NCBI GenBank assembly: GCA_903834195.1 | Contig: CAILIB010000040.1 | Coordinates: 7,297-71,296 of the forward strand | Reading direction: 5' to 3' | Length of the DNA: 64,000 nt | From: an uncultured Candidatus Berkelbacteria bacterium | GTDB taxonomy: Bacteria > Patescibacteriota > UBA1384 > CAILIB01 | Shown: one piece after another, positions 30,187-38,678 of the stretch | Layout of the letters: each line of letters starts with the position of its first letter | How positions within the stretch are numbered: position 1 is the stretch's first letter | Made by a program: the position numbers and the translations under genes | The notes under the pieces: generated by a model | What the model saw: only the letters and a program-made list of their open reading frames with translations | Databases searched by the model: none | What the model was told of the DNA's origin: nothing

Positions 30187-30374
30187 AACGGAGATGAATT
30201 GAACCAGGCTCGACCACGCCTATACCTTACTTTGCGAAGCAAAGAGCGGGGTTAGCGCAACGCTCCTGCAGCGCTTCACATCGCCGAAGGCGGTGAAAGC
30301 TGGAGGAAGTGAGCGTCGTCCCGCCCAAATTAAAAAACTAGGCACCGCCACAAGCAGCACCTAATCAAAATAAT

Positions 30375-30911
30375 CTAGTCGAGAACTGGCTCGAAACTCT
30401 GTGGCCGAAGCTCAACACGCAGCTTTCCATCTGGTAGATCCAGTAAAACTACATAGGAATACCGCTCGCCCAGGCTCACAGACTCTTCACGTAGTACATC
30501 ATCAAGGACAATTACTCCGCGCGTTCCCTGCGGGACACATCGCACCGGCTGCTCGCCCTGCTCTTTATTCCTCAAACCTGGGAAAAGCGGACACTCACTA
30601 TTCAGATAGACTGGAAACCCATTTACCTGATCAAACTTGGTAAAACCAACTATTCCCATTCGAGGTCGACTAATCCTTCGATCAATCAAGATTCGATGAA
30701 TTTCTACTACACTCATCGTTGTGCCGAGCTTTCGGTAAAACCCGACGTAGAAATCATCAGCAGATTCAAATTGTTGTTGCGTGAGCCATGCAACCAAGGT
30801 TTTCTCTTCAAATAAGTCATGTAGCCCACGAACTAACTTTTGAATAGTTGGTTTTCGCTTCTTAAGTAACTCAGCAACCTGGTCACTCACTACTTTTCGT
30901 TCTTCACTCAT
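30375..30911 (-). CDS. Hypothetical protein
   Basis: 178-aa ORF with no recognised motif. Confidence 0.5.
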   Translation of the reverse strand: MSEERKVVSDQVAELLKKRKPTIQKLVRGLHDLFEEKTLVAWLTQQQFESADDFYVGFYRKLGTTMSVVEIHRILIDRRISRPRMGIVGFTKFDQVNGFPVYLNSECPLFPGLRNKEQGEQPVRCVPQGTRGVIVLDDVLREESVSLGERYSYVVLLDLPDGKLRVELRPQSFEPVLD

Positions 30912-30976
30912 TTACTCACCTGATTGTGAACTATAGCAGAAAACTGTTATCACTCAATCTTCGCTATACTACAGAT

Positions 30977-31471
30977 ATGAAAATCGCAGTATTCTCCGAC
31001 TCACACGACAACATTGACGCACTAAAAAATGCGCTTGAAGTTGTAAAAAAATTGGACATCACCCAAGGCATACACCTTGGTGATTTTTCATCCCCACCTG
31101 CCATGGAACTCATCGCCCAAGCTGGAATTCCATGGACTTGTGTGTGGGGTAATATTGATTACGACAAAATTGCTTTGTACACCATTGCAAAACCATACAA
31201 CACTATTGATGTGAGTGACGGTGATTTTCGCGAAGTTACAATTGCAGATCGTTCACTTTTTCTAACCCACTACCCAGAAATCGCTCGACTTGCAGCACTA
31301 TCCGGAAAATATGATGCAATGTTTCATGGCCACACCCATCGTGCTGCTCAAGAAATTCTAGGAAACACACTTTTAGCCAATCCTGGCGAACTCTGTGGAT
31401 ATCGATATGGCCAATCTAGTTTTGCCGTGTACAATACCGAAGATAATACTTTGGAGCATATGTACATTTGA
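30977..31471 (+). CDS. Metallophosphoesterase, YfcE/MJ0936-like
   Basis: 'MKIAVFSDSHDN', 'IHLGDF', 'GNIDY', 'FHGHTH'. ATG 30977 is preferred over the GTG at 30926 in the track. Confidence 0.8.
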   Translation: MKIAVFSDSHDNIDALKNALEVVKKLDITQGIHLGDFSSPPAMELIAQAGIPWTCVWGNIDYDKIALYTIAKPYNTIDVSDGDFREVTIADRSLFLTHYPEIARLAALSGKYDAMFHGHTHRAAQEILGNTLLANPGELCGYRYGQSSFAVYNTEDNTLEHMYI

Positions 31472-31540
31472 AAGATTAGAAACACAACACAGCTTGGTAT
31501 ATAATTAGATAAATTACAGTACATATTTTTAAGATTTTAT

Positions 31541-32362
31541 ATGGCCGATCAGGTCCCTCCAATTGAACCTCAAGTTGTGACTCCACCAGTTGAGACTCCA
31601 GTTCAAGCACCAGTTGAAACCCCAATCACGTCTGTTCCAGAAAAGAGTGTAAGCATGCCTCTAATCGTAACTTTAAGCATTCTCCTTTCTGGACTCATTT
31701 TTGGTGGTGGTGCATATGCGTTTACCAGTGCTCAAAACACTACAAGCCAGAACGATTTGCAAACTCAGATTGATACACTCAAGTCTCAGTTAGCTGTTGC
31801 TAAATCAGCAACCCCTACTCCGACTGCGACTCCTACACCAACTCCGACTGTGTCACCAACTGTGTCACCAAGCGTGAGCCCTTCAGCATCTCCTTCTGCT
31901 TCTCCTAGCGCTTCACCAACAGCTAGTCCTGTTGCTGTGACTACGTGTAAGTCTGCCAACCTTACTGCAACCTTATCAAACGGCAGCGGTGCTGCAGGCA
32001 CATACCGGTATGATATTAAATTAACGAACAAGGGTACTGTTAGTTGTACGCTCGCCGGTCCACCACAACTCACGTTTAAAAACTCTGCTGGAACAGTTGT
32101 TGAAACTACAACCGACGTTGCAAGTTCTACCACAAAGACAATTACGATTACTGCTGGATCAAGTGCATACAGCCTGATTGCTTTCAAAGATTCTGGTAAC
32201 TTTGCTGCTGGTGTTTGCAAACCTATCAGTACTATGACGGTTACACCTCCAGGTGAAACTGCCGGAATTGTGATGAGTATCGCATCAACAAATCCTGGCT
32301 TCACTGATGCACATTGTGAATCATTTGCTGGAAGGCCTGACTTTACTACTACTGTTCAGTAA
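31541..32362 (+). CDS. N-anchored surface protein: coiled segment, Pro/Thr/Ser linker, DUF4232-like C-terminal domain
   Basis: TM 'MPLIVTLSILLSGLIFGGGAYAF', linker 'TPTPTATPTPTPTVSPTVSPSVSPSASPSASPSASPTASP', then 'C..ANLTATLSNGSGAAGTYRYDIKLTNKGTVSCTLAGPPQL...C'. Confidence 0.6.
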   Translation: MADQVPPIEPQVVTPPVETPVQAPVETPITSVPEKSVSMPLIVTLSILLSGLIFGGGAYAFTSAQNTTSQNDLQTQIDTLKSQLAVAKSATPTPTATPTPTPTVSPTVSPSVSPSASPSASPSASPTASPVAVTTCKSANLTATLSNGSGAAGTYRYDIKLTNKGTVSCTLAGPPQLTFKNSAGTVVETTTDVASSTTKTITITAGSSAYSLIAFKDSGNFAAGVCKPISTMTVTPPGETAGIVMSIASTNPGFTDAHCESFAGRPDFTTTVQ

Positions 32363-32374
32363 GGATAGAGAATA

Positions 32375-32407
32375 ATAAAAAAGAACCTCTTATGAGGTTC
32401 TTTTTTA
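32375..32407. terminator. Bidirectional hairpin terminator
   Basis: aaaaaagaacctc-ttat-gaggttctttttt. Confidence 0.8.
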
Positions 32408-32413
32408 TATATG

Positions 32414-32437
32414 AGCGGGGGTTGGGAATTGAACAAG
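32414..32437 (-). repeat. Degenerate copy of the 3' end (acceptor plus T-arm) of the neighbouring initiator tRNA
   Basis: agcgggggttgg (32414-32425) is identical to 32627-32638 of the tRNA gene. The following ...ttgaac... is also shared. It does not fold as a T arm. Confidence 0.55.
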
Positions 32438-32585
32438 CTCACTCGGTCATTACGACCTCGTTCACTTTCGGGAACCCACTGTTCCCGACGGCAACTTAAA
32501 GGAATAAAAAGTTGCCTGCCCTCCTCCACGAAAAACCATACGGTTTTTCGACCTTTTCCCTTGTTCAAATCCAACTTCGTCTGAC

Positions 32586-32623
32586 AAAGAAAAATACTCT
32601 CGTAAACGAGAGTATTTTTCTTT
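32586..32623 (-). terminator. 17-bp perfect hairpin abutting the tRNA 3' end
   Basis: aaagaaaaatactctcg-taaa-cgagagtatttttcttt. Confidence 0.75.
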
Positions 32624-32699
32624 GGTAGCGGGGGTTGGATTTGAACCAACGACCTTCTGGTTATGAGCCAGACGAGCTTCCGGGCTGCTCTACCCCGCA
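32623..32699 (-). tRNA. Initiator-type tRNA-Met (CAT)
   Basis: Reverse complement: tgcggggtagagcagcccggaagctcgtctggctcataaccagaaggtcgttggttcaaatccaacccccgctacca. Closely parallels bacterial tRNA-fMet. The 1:72 position is unpaired (U-U). Anticodon stem is tctgg/ccaga. Confidence 0.9.
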
Positions 32700-32737
32700 T
32701 CATCTACAATCACCTTACAGCACAGCAAAGTAAATGG

Positions 32738-32749
32738 AAAGTATACTTT
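32738..32749. promoter_or_regulatory. Perfect 12-bp palindrome AAAGTATACTTT (same half-sites as 7660-7673)
   Basis: Exact self-complementarity. Lies in the intergenic region between the initiator tRNA and ftsH. Confidence 0.4.
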
Positions 32750-32866
32750 ACAAACTGGTGCGGTCTGCCTATACTTAGACTACTTGACCACTCGGGTGCA
32801 TTGAATAAACTACCTGATTTACATCGCACCGTCAAGCTCTAGTTGATCCACACTTAATCATACCGT

Positions 32867-34810
32867 ATGGACCCAGAAAAGAATTCCCCGGAAGTTGATC
32901 CAGACGCACAAGTCCCACGGCCAACAAATCGCCCAAAGCCATCCAAAAATGGCCAACGACCAAAAATGCCAAATATGGGTCAACAGCCTGGTTGTAGTCG
33001 AAACTTTATTTGGATTGCAATTGTATTAATTGCCTTTTCAATACTGTCATTCTTCTACCAACAGAACACAAAATCACTTACCAACATTCCGGTTTCGGAA
33101 GTTGCAGCTAAAGTTGCGGCTGGCCAAGTTGATAAGATTGAGATCAAAAACGATACCGATCTCACAGTAACCCTTAAGGGCGGATCTCAAGTTGCATCCA
33201 CCGTACGAAGTGGTGATGCACTCAAGGATTACAACATCACGCCTGATAAGGTGCAGATTCAAGTTAACAACGATTCGAGTAGCGCTATTTGGTTTGCCCT
33301 TATTCAAACCTTCCTCCCGGCCCTTATTATCGTTGGATTAATTATCTACATGTTCCGTGCCACCGCCGGTGCAAACATGAAAGCGATGAGTTTTGGCCAG
33401 AGTAAAGCCAAACTTGCCAACATGTCTAAGGTGCGCTTTAAGGATGTTGCTGGTCTAAAAGAAGCCAAAACCGAGTTAATGGAAGAGGTTGAATTCCTCC
33501 GCAACCCTGGTAAGTTCCGCGCCCTCGGTGCTGAGATTCCAAAAGGTGTTCTCCTTGTAGGCCCTCCAGGAACTGGTAAAACCCTCCTTGCTAAAGCTGT
33601 AGCTGGAGAAGCTGGTGTACCATTCTTTACAATCTCTGCATCTGAATTCGTCGAAATGTTCGTCGGTGTTGGAGCTTCTCGTGTACGTGATCTCTTTGCG
33701 AAAGCCAAGAAGAGCAGCCCATGTATAATCTTTATTGATGAGCTTGATGCCATTGGTCGCCAACGTGGCGCCGGTGTTGGTGGTGGGCACGATGAACGTG
33801 AGCAAACCTTGAACCAGATCCTTGTTGAAATGGACGGATTTGATACAGATCAAGGTGTCATCATCATTGCAGCAACCAACCGTCCTGACGTACTTGATCC
33901 TGCCCTACTCCGACCTGGTCGTTTTGACCGCCGTGTTGTTGTTGACCTTCCTACTAAGGGTGAGCGTTCTGAAGTGCTCAAGATTTACTCCAACAAGAAG
34001 CCTCTTGCCAAGGATGTAAACCTTGATGCCATCGCGAGCCAAACTGCTGGAATGTCCCCTGCCGACCTGAAAAATGTGATGAACGAAGCAGCAATTCTTA
34101 CTGCCCGTCGTGAAGAAAAGATCATCACTCAAGAAATCCTCCACATCGCTGTTGAGAAAATCCTTGTAGGTCCAGAGCGCCCAAGTCGCGTTCTCAACGA
34201 AAAAGAGAAGAAAATTACTGCTGTACACGAAGCTGGACACGCAATAGTTGGTCACGTACTTCCAAACACTGATGATATCCACAAAGTATCGATCATCAGT
34301 CGCGGACAAGCCCTTGGTCTTACCTGGAGCCTTCCACGTGAAGATACGCACACCACATCGCTCAGTAAGTTCAAAGATGAACTTTCGATGCTTCTCGGTG
34401 GATTACTGGCAGAAATTGCCTACTTTAACGAACCTACAACTGGCGCTTCAAGTGACCTCAATCGCGCAACACGTATTGCACGCGCCATGATCACCGAATA
34501 CGGTATGAGTGAAAAACTCGGCATGCGCACCTTTGGTGAGCGTCCACATGAAGTATTCCTTGGTCGTAGCATGGGTGAAGAGCGCAACTATTCTGAAGCT
34601 ACTGCAGAAGAAATTGATGCAGAAGTTACTCGCATTATTAGCGAAGCTCGAGCACAAGCAACCCATGTTCTGACCAAATACCGCAAAGCCCTCGACAAAC
34701 TTACAGATCTTCTTCTTGAAAAAGAAACTGTTAGTGGCGAAGAACTCACTAAAATTCTCGAAGAGACTACCGGAGTCCTCAAGCCAGAATTCGAGATTCC
34801 AGCGGTTTAA
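32867..34810 (+). CDS. ftsH: ATP-dependent zinc metalloprotease FtsH
   Basis: Two N-terminal TMs, Walker A 'GPPGTGKT', 'IIFIDELDA', SRH '[19 protein letters not shown]', zinc site 'HEAGHA'. Confidence 0.95.
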   Translation: MDPEKNSPEVDPDAQVPRPTNRPKPSKNGQRPKMPNMGQQPGCSRNFIWIAIVLIAFSILSFFYQQNTKSLTNIPVSEVAAKVAAGQVDKIEIKNDTDLTVTLKGGSQVASTVRSGDALKDYNITPDKVQIQVNNDSSSAIWFALIQTFLPALIIVGLIIYMFRATAGANMKAMSFGQSKAKLANMSKVRFKDVAGLKEAKTELMEEVEFLRNPGKFRALGAEIPKGVLLVGPPGTGKTLLAKAVAGEAGVPFFTISASEFVEMFVGVGASRVRDLFAKAKKSSPCIIFIDELDAIGRQRGAGVGGGHDEREQTLNQILVEMDGFDTDQGVIIIAATNRPDVLDPALLRPGRFDRRVVVDLPTKGERSEVLKIYSNKKPLAKDVNLDAIASQTAGMSPADLKNVMNEAAILTARREEKIITQEILHIAVEKILVGPERPSRVLNEKEKKITAVHEAGHAIVGHVLPNTDDIHKVSIISRGQALGLTWSLPREDTHTTSLSKFKDELSMLLGGLLAEIAYFNEPTTGASSDLNRATRIARAMITEYGMSEKLGMRTFGERPHEVFLGRSMGEERNYSEATAEEIDAEVTRIISEARAQATHVLTKYRKALDKLTDLLLEKETVSGEELTKILEETTGVLKPEFEIPAV

Positions 34811-36406
34811 ATGGATACACTACGACGTTTTTGGGGCTTAGTAAGCAGTGATTCTTACACGGTAAAACGTGCCTCTGCTCTGCTAGCCCTGACTGCGCTC
34901 GCGAGTAACGTATTGGGACTTCTACGCAATTTAGTATTCTATTGGCTCGTTCCAAAGGAACAGCTCGACGTGTACTTTACTGCGTTTACGATTCCAAACT
35001 TTCTGTTTAACATTATTATTTTTGGCGCAGTAAGTAGTGCATTTGTACCAATTGCAAGCGAAATGCTCGCAGCTAAAAAAGAACGGGAAACCAACGAGCT
35101 CACAAATCAGCTCCTCTCATGGTTAACCGTTCTTTTTATTTGTGTCTCAATTATCTTAATGCTCGCGATGGGACCACTTATGCACCTCGTTGCACATCGC
35201 TTCGATGCCCCACGTCTTGAAGAAACCATTGGTATTAGCCGCATCCTTCTTGTACAAAGCATCTTTTTCGCCTGGTCATTTACCGTTGGTGGATATTTAA
35301 ATAGCACCAAGCGATTCGCAAGTTACGCCATCGCTCCACTTCTCTATAACCTCGTTATCATTGCCGGTGGATTCCTCGCAGTGCACTACGGAATCATCGC
35401 CATTGCTTGGGCAGTTGTTGCTGGGTCTCTGGCCCACTTCGGTATTCAGTACCGCGAACTCATGAAGACTTCCTACCGCCCGAAGCTTGATTTACGTTTC
35501 ACCCCGCACATGAAGGAAATCAGTAAACTTATGTTGCCCCGCAGTATTAGCCAAGGCACCGCACAGCTCGTCGATGGCGTGTACACCTTTCTTGGTGCCG
35601 GACTTCTTCCAAGTTCGATTACCATTTTCAATGCAATGAACGACATTCAAACCATGCCAATTCAGATGGTGGGAAATTCAATGGCTGTGGCAATTTTCCC
35701 AAGCCTTTCCACCTTTGCGTCACAGGGTGAGTGGGAAAAAGTAAATGAACTCCTCGAAAAAGTACTCCGAGCAACACTCTTTCTCCTGATCCCTGCCATC
35801 ATGTTTGTATACGTAGTACGTGCCCAAATTGTTCGCCTCTACCTTCACTCTTCTACGTGGGAACAAACCGACTTAGCCATCGATACATTCGTTGCATTCC
35901 TCATCGGCATTATTCCAGCCTGTTTCATCGCTATTCTCTCGCGCGTATTCTATGCACTAAAAAACACCCGCACTCCTATGATTCTCAGTGCTATTGCGGC
36001 GGCAATTGCCATTCTCTACGCAACTATTTCGATTTCTGCCGGAGGAAATGTAATTAACCTAGCCATCGCCGAGAGTATCTTAATGGTGACCCAATGTTGC
36101 TTGTACGGATTTGCCCTCTACCGCGACAAATCAATTAAGCTTGGCATCCGGTCAATGGGAGGCAAAATTATGAGCTACATATTCGGTGGCCTTATCTTAA
36201 GTGGTGTGACCTGGCTTGTGCTTCAAGGTATGGATTGGATCTACAATTCTCTTAACATACTTGGAACACATACGGTAAAAGGCTTATTTGTTCAGTTGAT
36301 TGTTGCCTCAATTATTGGCGTTGCAACCTTCCTGGCGTATAGTAAAGCTGTACATAAACAAGAACTACAGTGGATACTTCGGAGAAATTTTTCGAACGAG
36401 AAATAG
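34811..36406 (+). CDS. murJ: Lipid II flippase MurJ/MviN family
   Basis: 531 aa, ~14 TM. N-terminal 'LGLLRNLVFYWLVPKEQLDVYFTAFTIPNFLFNIIIFGAVSSAFVPI'. Confidence 0.8.
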   Translation: MDTLRRFWGLVSSDSYTVKRASALLALTALASNVLGLLRNLVFYWLVPKEQLDVYFTAFTIPNFLFNIIIFGAVSSAFVPIASEMLAAKKERETNELTNQLLSWLTVLFICVSIILMLAMGPLMHLVAHRFDAPRLEETIGISRILLVQSIFFAWSFTVGGYLNSTKRFASYAIAPLLYNLVIIAGGFLAVHYGIIAIAWAVVAGSLAHFGIQYRELMKTSYRPKLDLRFTPHMKEISKLMLPRSISQGTAQLVDGVYTFLGAGLLPSSITIFNAMNDIQTMPIQMVGNSMAVAIFPSLSTFASQGEWEKVNELLEKVLRATLFLLIPAIMFVYVVRAQIVRLYLHSSTWEQTDLAIDTFVAFLIGIIPACFIAILSRVFYALKNTRTPMILSAIAAAIAILYATISISAGGNVINLAIAESILMVTQCCLYGFALYRDKSIKLGIRSMGGKIMSYIFGGLILSGVTWLVLQGMDWIYNSLNILGTHTVKGLFVQLIVASIIGVATFLAYSKAVHKQELQWILRRNFSNEK

Positions 36407-36807
36407 ATCGCACACCCTACTCGGCCTTTGGCTACCTTGGTGTTGTAGTTCTGCTTATTTTTGTTGCTGGTGGGTTTGCCCTTTCTAAGGTAAATACCTA
36501 TGTGAAAGACCATAATTGGGGAACACTCGGTTCAACTTCAGGTGCAACAGATGCTCTTCTCAATAACGCAAATGCAGCTGCCGATGCTGCCCTTACTCCT
36601 GCTCAAGCTGCAGTAAAAGATGCTGAAAAACAAGCAGCCGATGCAGCCCAGGCCGCAGCCACGCAAGCACTTCTGAATCAAAAGGATGCTGTAATTAAAG
36701 ATGTAACTGATTCAGCACATGCTGCCATGCAAAGCGCTGCTCCTAGTGCCGCAGCTTCTGCGGCGACATCTGGACAGGAACAGTTTCAAAAATATTTAGG
36801 GCAATAA
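36370..36807 (+). CDS. Hypothetical N-anchored Ala-rich protein
   Basis: TM 'LGVVVLLIFVAGGFAL' followed by an Ala/Gln/Asp-rich helical region. The start is uncertain because it overlaps the murJ 3' end. Confidence 0.4.
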   Translation: MDTSEKFFEREIDRTPYSAFGYLGVVVLLIFVAGGFALSKVNTYVKDHNWGTLGSTSGATDALLNNANAAADAALTPAQAAVKDAEKQAADAAQAAATQALLNQKDAVIKDVTDSAHAAMQSAAPSAAASAATSGQEQFQKYLGQ

Positions 36808-36824
36808 TATAAGACATTTACTAT

Positions 36825-37706
36825 ATGGAAAATGAACAACAGCCATCATCTGGCAAGCTATGGGTAACCATTGGAGCAAGCGTACTTGTAACTGGACTTG
36901 TTGTCGGCGGGGCAATGTTTGCATATGCAAAACAACAGCAGAATAACGCAAATTCAACCAGTAGCTCATTGCAAGCACAGATCGACAAACTCAATAGCGA
37001 TCTCGCAATTTCACGTATTACACCTTTGCCTGACGTTACCCCAACGCCAACAGCTACTCCGTTGGCTACACCAACTCCAACCACTACCCCAACTACTGCT
37101 CCAGCTTCCACTCCGACACCTACCTCAACTCCAGTTGCTACACCTACACCAACCCCAAGTAGTACCATATTTAAGTCACCATACTTTTCGGTAACCGTAC
37201 CATCTGACTGGAAAGCCACAAGTGCACGATCAAGTGCTGAAGCAGTAAATATAACGAAGGGAAATTATATACTGTACATCAACACCCACGCAAGCCAGGT
37301 AGGCGGTGGGTTCGGAGGAAGATTTAGTGAAATCGCGATGGGAGCACCAAGCGCTGATGCCACAATAACAGAGTGGCCAACCGATCCATGCTTAACCCCA
37401 ATTTACACTCCAACAACCGGAAATTACCTCTACAGTAGCCGAGGAGACTTGTACGTCGACAAAACTGCACCTTCTTGGTGCAACATTCCTACTACTGGTA
37501 CTGCATGGTACTTTTCATACATTACTGGAAGTAAAGGATACTATTTCAATCAGTACACTAACACTGGTAATGACGCACTCGTAATTACCATGGCGTACAA
37601 CACAAGTTCAGTAAACAACCTTCCTAAGAAAGGTGATGCGAGCCTAACCGCAGCGCTAGATGCAATGACTTCGATTGCGAGCACACTGCACATTGTTGGC
37701 CACTAG
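36825..37706 (+). CDS. N-anchored surface protein: coiled segment, Pro/Thr linker, unknown C-terminal domain
   Basis: TM 'LWVTIGASVLVTGLVVGGAMFAY', 'SLQAQIDKLNSDLAI', linker 'TPTPTATPLATPTPTTTPTTAPASTPTPTSTPVATPTPTP'. Confidence 0.6.
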   Translation: MENEQQPSSGKLWVTIGASVLVTGLVVGGAMFAYAKQQQNNANSTSSSLQAQIDKLNSDLAISRITPLPDVTPTPTATPLATPTPTTTPTTAPASTPTPTSTPVATPTPTPSSTIFKSPYFSVTVPSDWKATSARSSAEAVNITKGNYILYINTHASQVGGGFGGRFSEIAMGAPSADATITEWPTDPCLTPIYTPTTGNYLYSSRGDLYVDKTAPSWCNIPTTGTAWYFSYITGSKGYYFNQYTNTGNDALVITMAYNTSSVNNLPKKGDASLTAALDAMTSIASTLHIVGH

Positions 37707-37993
37707 AACTCAACCCAGAAGTACACACACTTCTCTGCTCCCACCTGAACCTCGTGGAGCATATCGGGCAGAAACGTAACCCTATCACCTCTTGATAGGG
37801 TTACTGTTTTATCATCAATTGTAACTGTCATCTCTCCCTGCAAGATAACAATAATATTTGTGGTTTCATGAGAGTGAGGTTCATAGAAGTACCCTGCATC
37901 ATCATACTCAAGCACTGGAATAAATCCTTCAACGAGTAGGCCAGACCTTACCTCTTCGTCAGTTTTACCCTCGTACCGTTTATGTTCAATCAT
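37703..37993 (-). CDS. Cupin domain protein
   Basis: 96 aa: 'HSHETTNIIVILQGEMTVTIDDKTVTLSRGDRVTFLPDMLHEV'. Confidence 0.7.
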   Translation of the reverse strand: MIEHKRYEGKTDEEVRSGLLVEGFIPVLEYDDAGYFYEPHSHETTNIIVILQGEMTVTIDDKTVTLSRGDRVTFLPDMLHEVQVGAEKCVYFWVEF

Positions 37994-37995
37994 TA

Positions 37996-38559
37996 CTAAG
38001 CAGCTACTGGTAAGTACACTTTAACCAGTTCACCCTGTCGAATTACTCCAGCTCGCTCCACCCAACCTACCAGACCACGTTTGTGTAAAGCTGATTTACT
38101 GAATAAACGTTCTTGAGCTTCTGTAATTGTAGGATCTTCTTGTCGCATTGCGCGAGCTGGGAAAACACAGGGAAGATTTTCAGCATATTCCAAAAGTACA
38201 ACTCCATTTTCAAATACAAATCGTGTCAGTGGAGGCAGCTGTGTAAATGCTGCATGACCACTGAAAAGTATATTTGCGCCCAACCATTCAGGTTTTACTT
38301 CAGGAATACCCATACCCTCTGCAATTTCAGCGAGCTCTTCAACCGAAACAGCCGACCACTGCCGAGAGTTCCAAATTTCAGTTCCTTTTTCGTGAAAACG
38401 TTTTTCACGCACCCCAGCAGTTTTACTAAACCCAAAATGCCTATCTTTTCGAACTCCTTCAAGCGAAATGTCAATTTTTTCACAGGCAGTAGAAAGAAGA
38501 TCTTTGTTCCCGACCATTACCGACTCAACTTTGAGCACAAAATCTGGATGCATACACAA
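37996..38559 (-). CDS. MOSC-like domain protein (putative)
   Basis: 'GVRKDRHFG', 'WLGANILFSG' and 'ENLPCVFPARAM' resemble MOSC beta-barrel motifs. Confidence 0.45.
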   Translation of the reverse strand: MCMHPDFVLKVESVMVGNKDLLSTACEKIDISLEGVRKDRHFGFSKTAGVREKRFHEKGTEIWNSRQWSAVSVEELAEIAEGMGIPEVKPEWLGANILFSGHAAFTQLPPLTRFVFENGVVLLEYAENLPCVFPARAMRQEDPTITEAQERLFSKSALHKRGLVGWVERAGVIRQGELVKVYLPVAA

Positions 38560-38678
38560 TTAGGCTAATATTTTTATTACTATAGTGAGAAATTCTAACA
38601 AGTTCTACTCCGGACCCCTCGAATCTCGTGGATTTTTCTGGTATGGTACAGACTAAGCACAAAATAAAATAGTACACT

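Noticed and set aside
30178-30262. Possible minus-strand tRNA suggested by tggtaacggagatgaattgaacc.
   Set aside because: I could not build a cloverleaf because the T stem and acceptor do not pair. Part of the similarity is simply the right arm of the terminator hairpin.
32405-32625. Possible tmRNA, SRP RNA or an intron-containing tRNA in the hairpin-rich segment.
   Set aside because: No matching 5' acceptor strand, no tag-ORF-like region, no SRP GNRA or symmetric-loop motif, and the T-arm-like piece does not base-pair.
30074-32699. Genomic island or prophage remnant bounded by the two CAT-anticodon tRNA genes.
   Set aside because: There is no integrase, transposase or phage-like gene between them. 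The three ORFs are a hypothetical protein, a phosphoesterase and a surface protein of the same type found elsewhere in the window.
32356-32703. 115-aa minus-strand ORF covering 32356-32703.
   Set aside because: It runs through the initiator tRNA gene, two terminator hairpins and the tRNA-like fragment, so the region is better explained as non-coding.
36821-37219. 132-aa minus-strand ORF (GVGVGVATGVEVGVGV...). Similar antisense ORFs occur at 26154-26519, 31786-32304, 55367-55558 and 11057-11530.
   Set aside because: They are mirror images of Pro/Thr or Ser/Gly linker coding repeats on the opposite strand. They have low-complexity Gly/Val composition and are fully nested in better-supported genes.
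38113-38568. 151-aa plus-strand ORF. Other nested ORFs occur at 8068-8415, 7814-8125, 33346-33853, 41188-41511 and 48737-49243.
   Set aside because: Each is antisense to, or out of frame within, a gene with clear family motifs. Their compositions are odd (Cys/Phe/Ser-rich) and they have no motifs.
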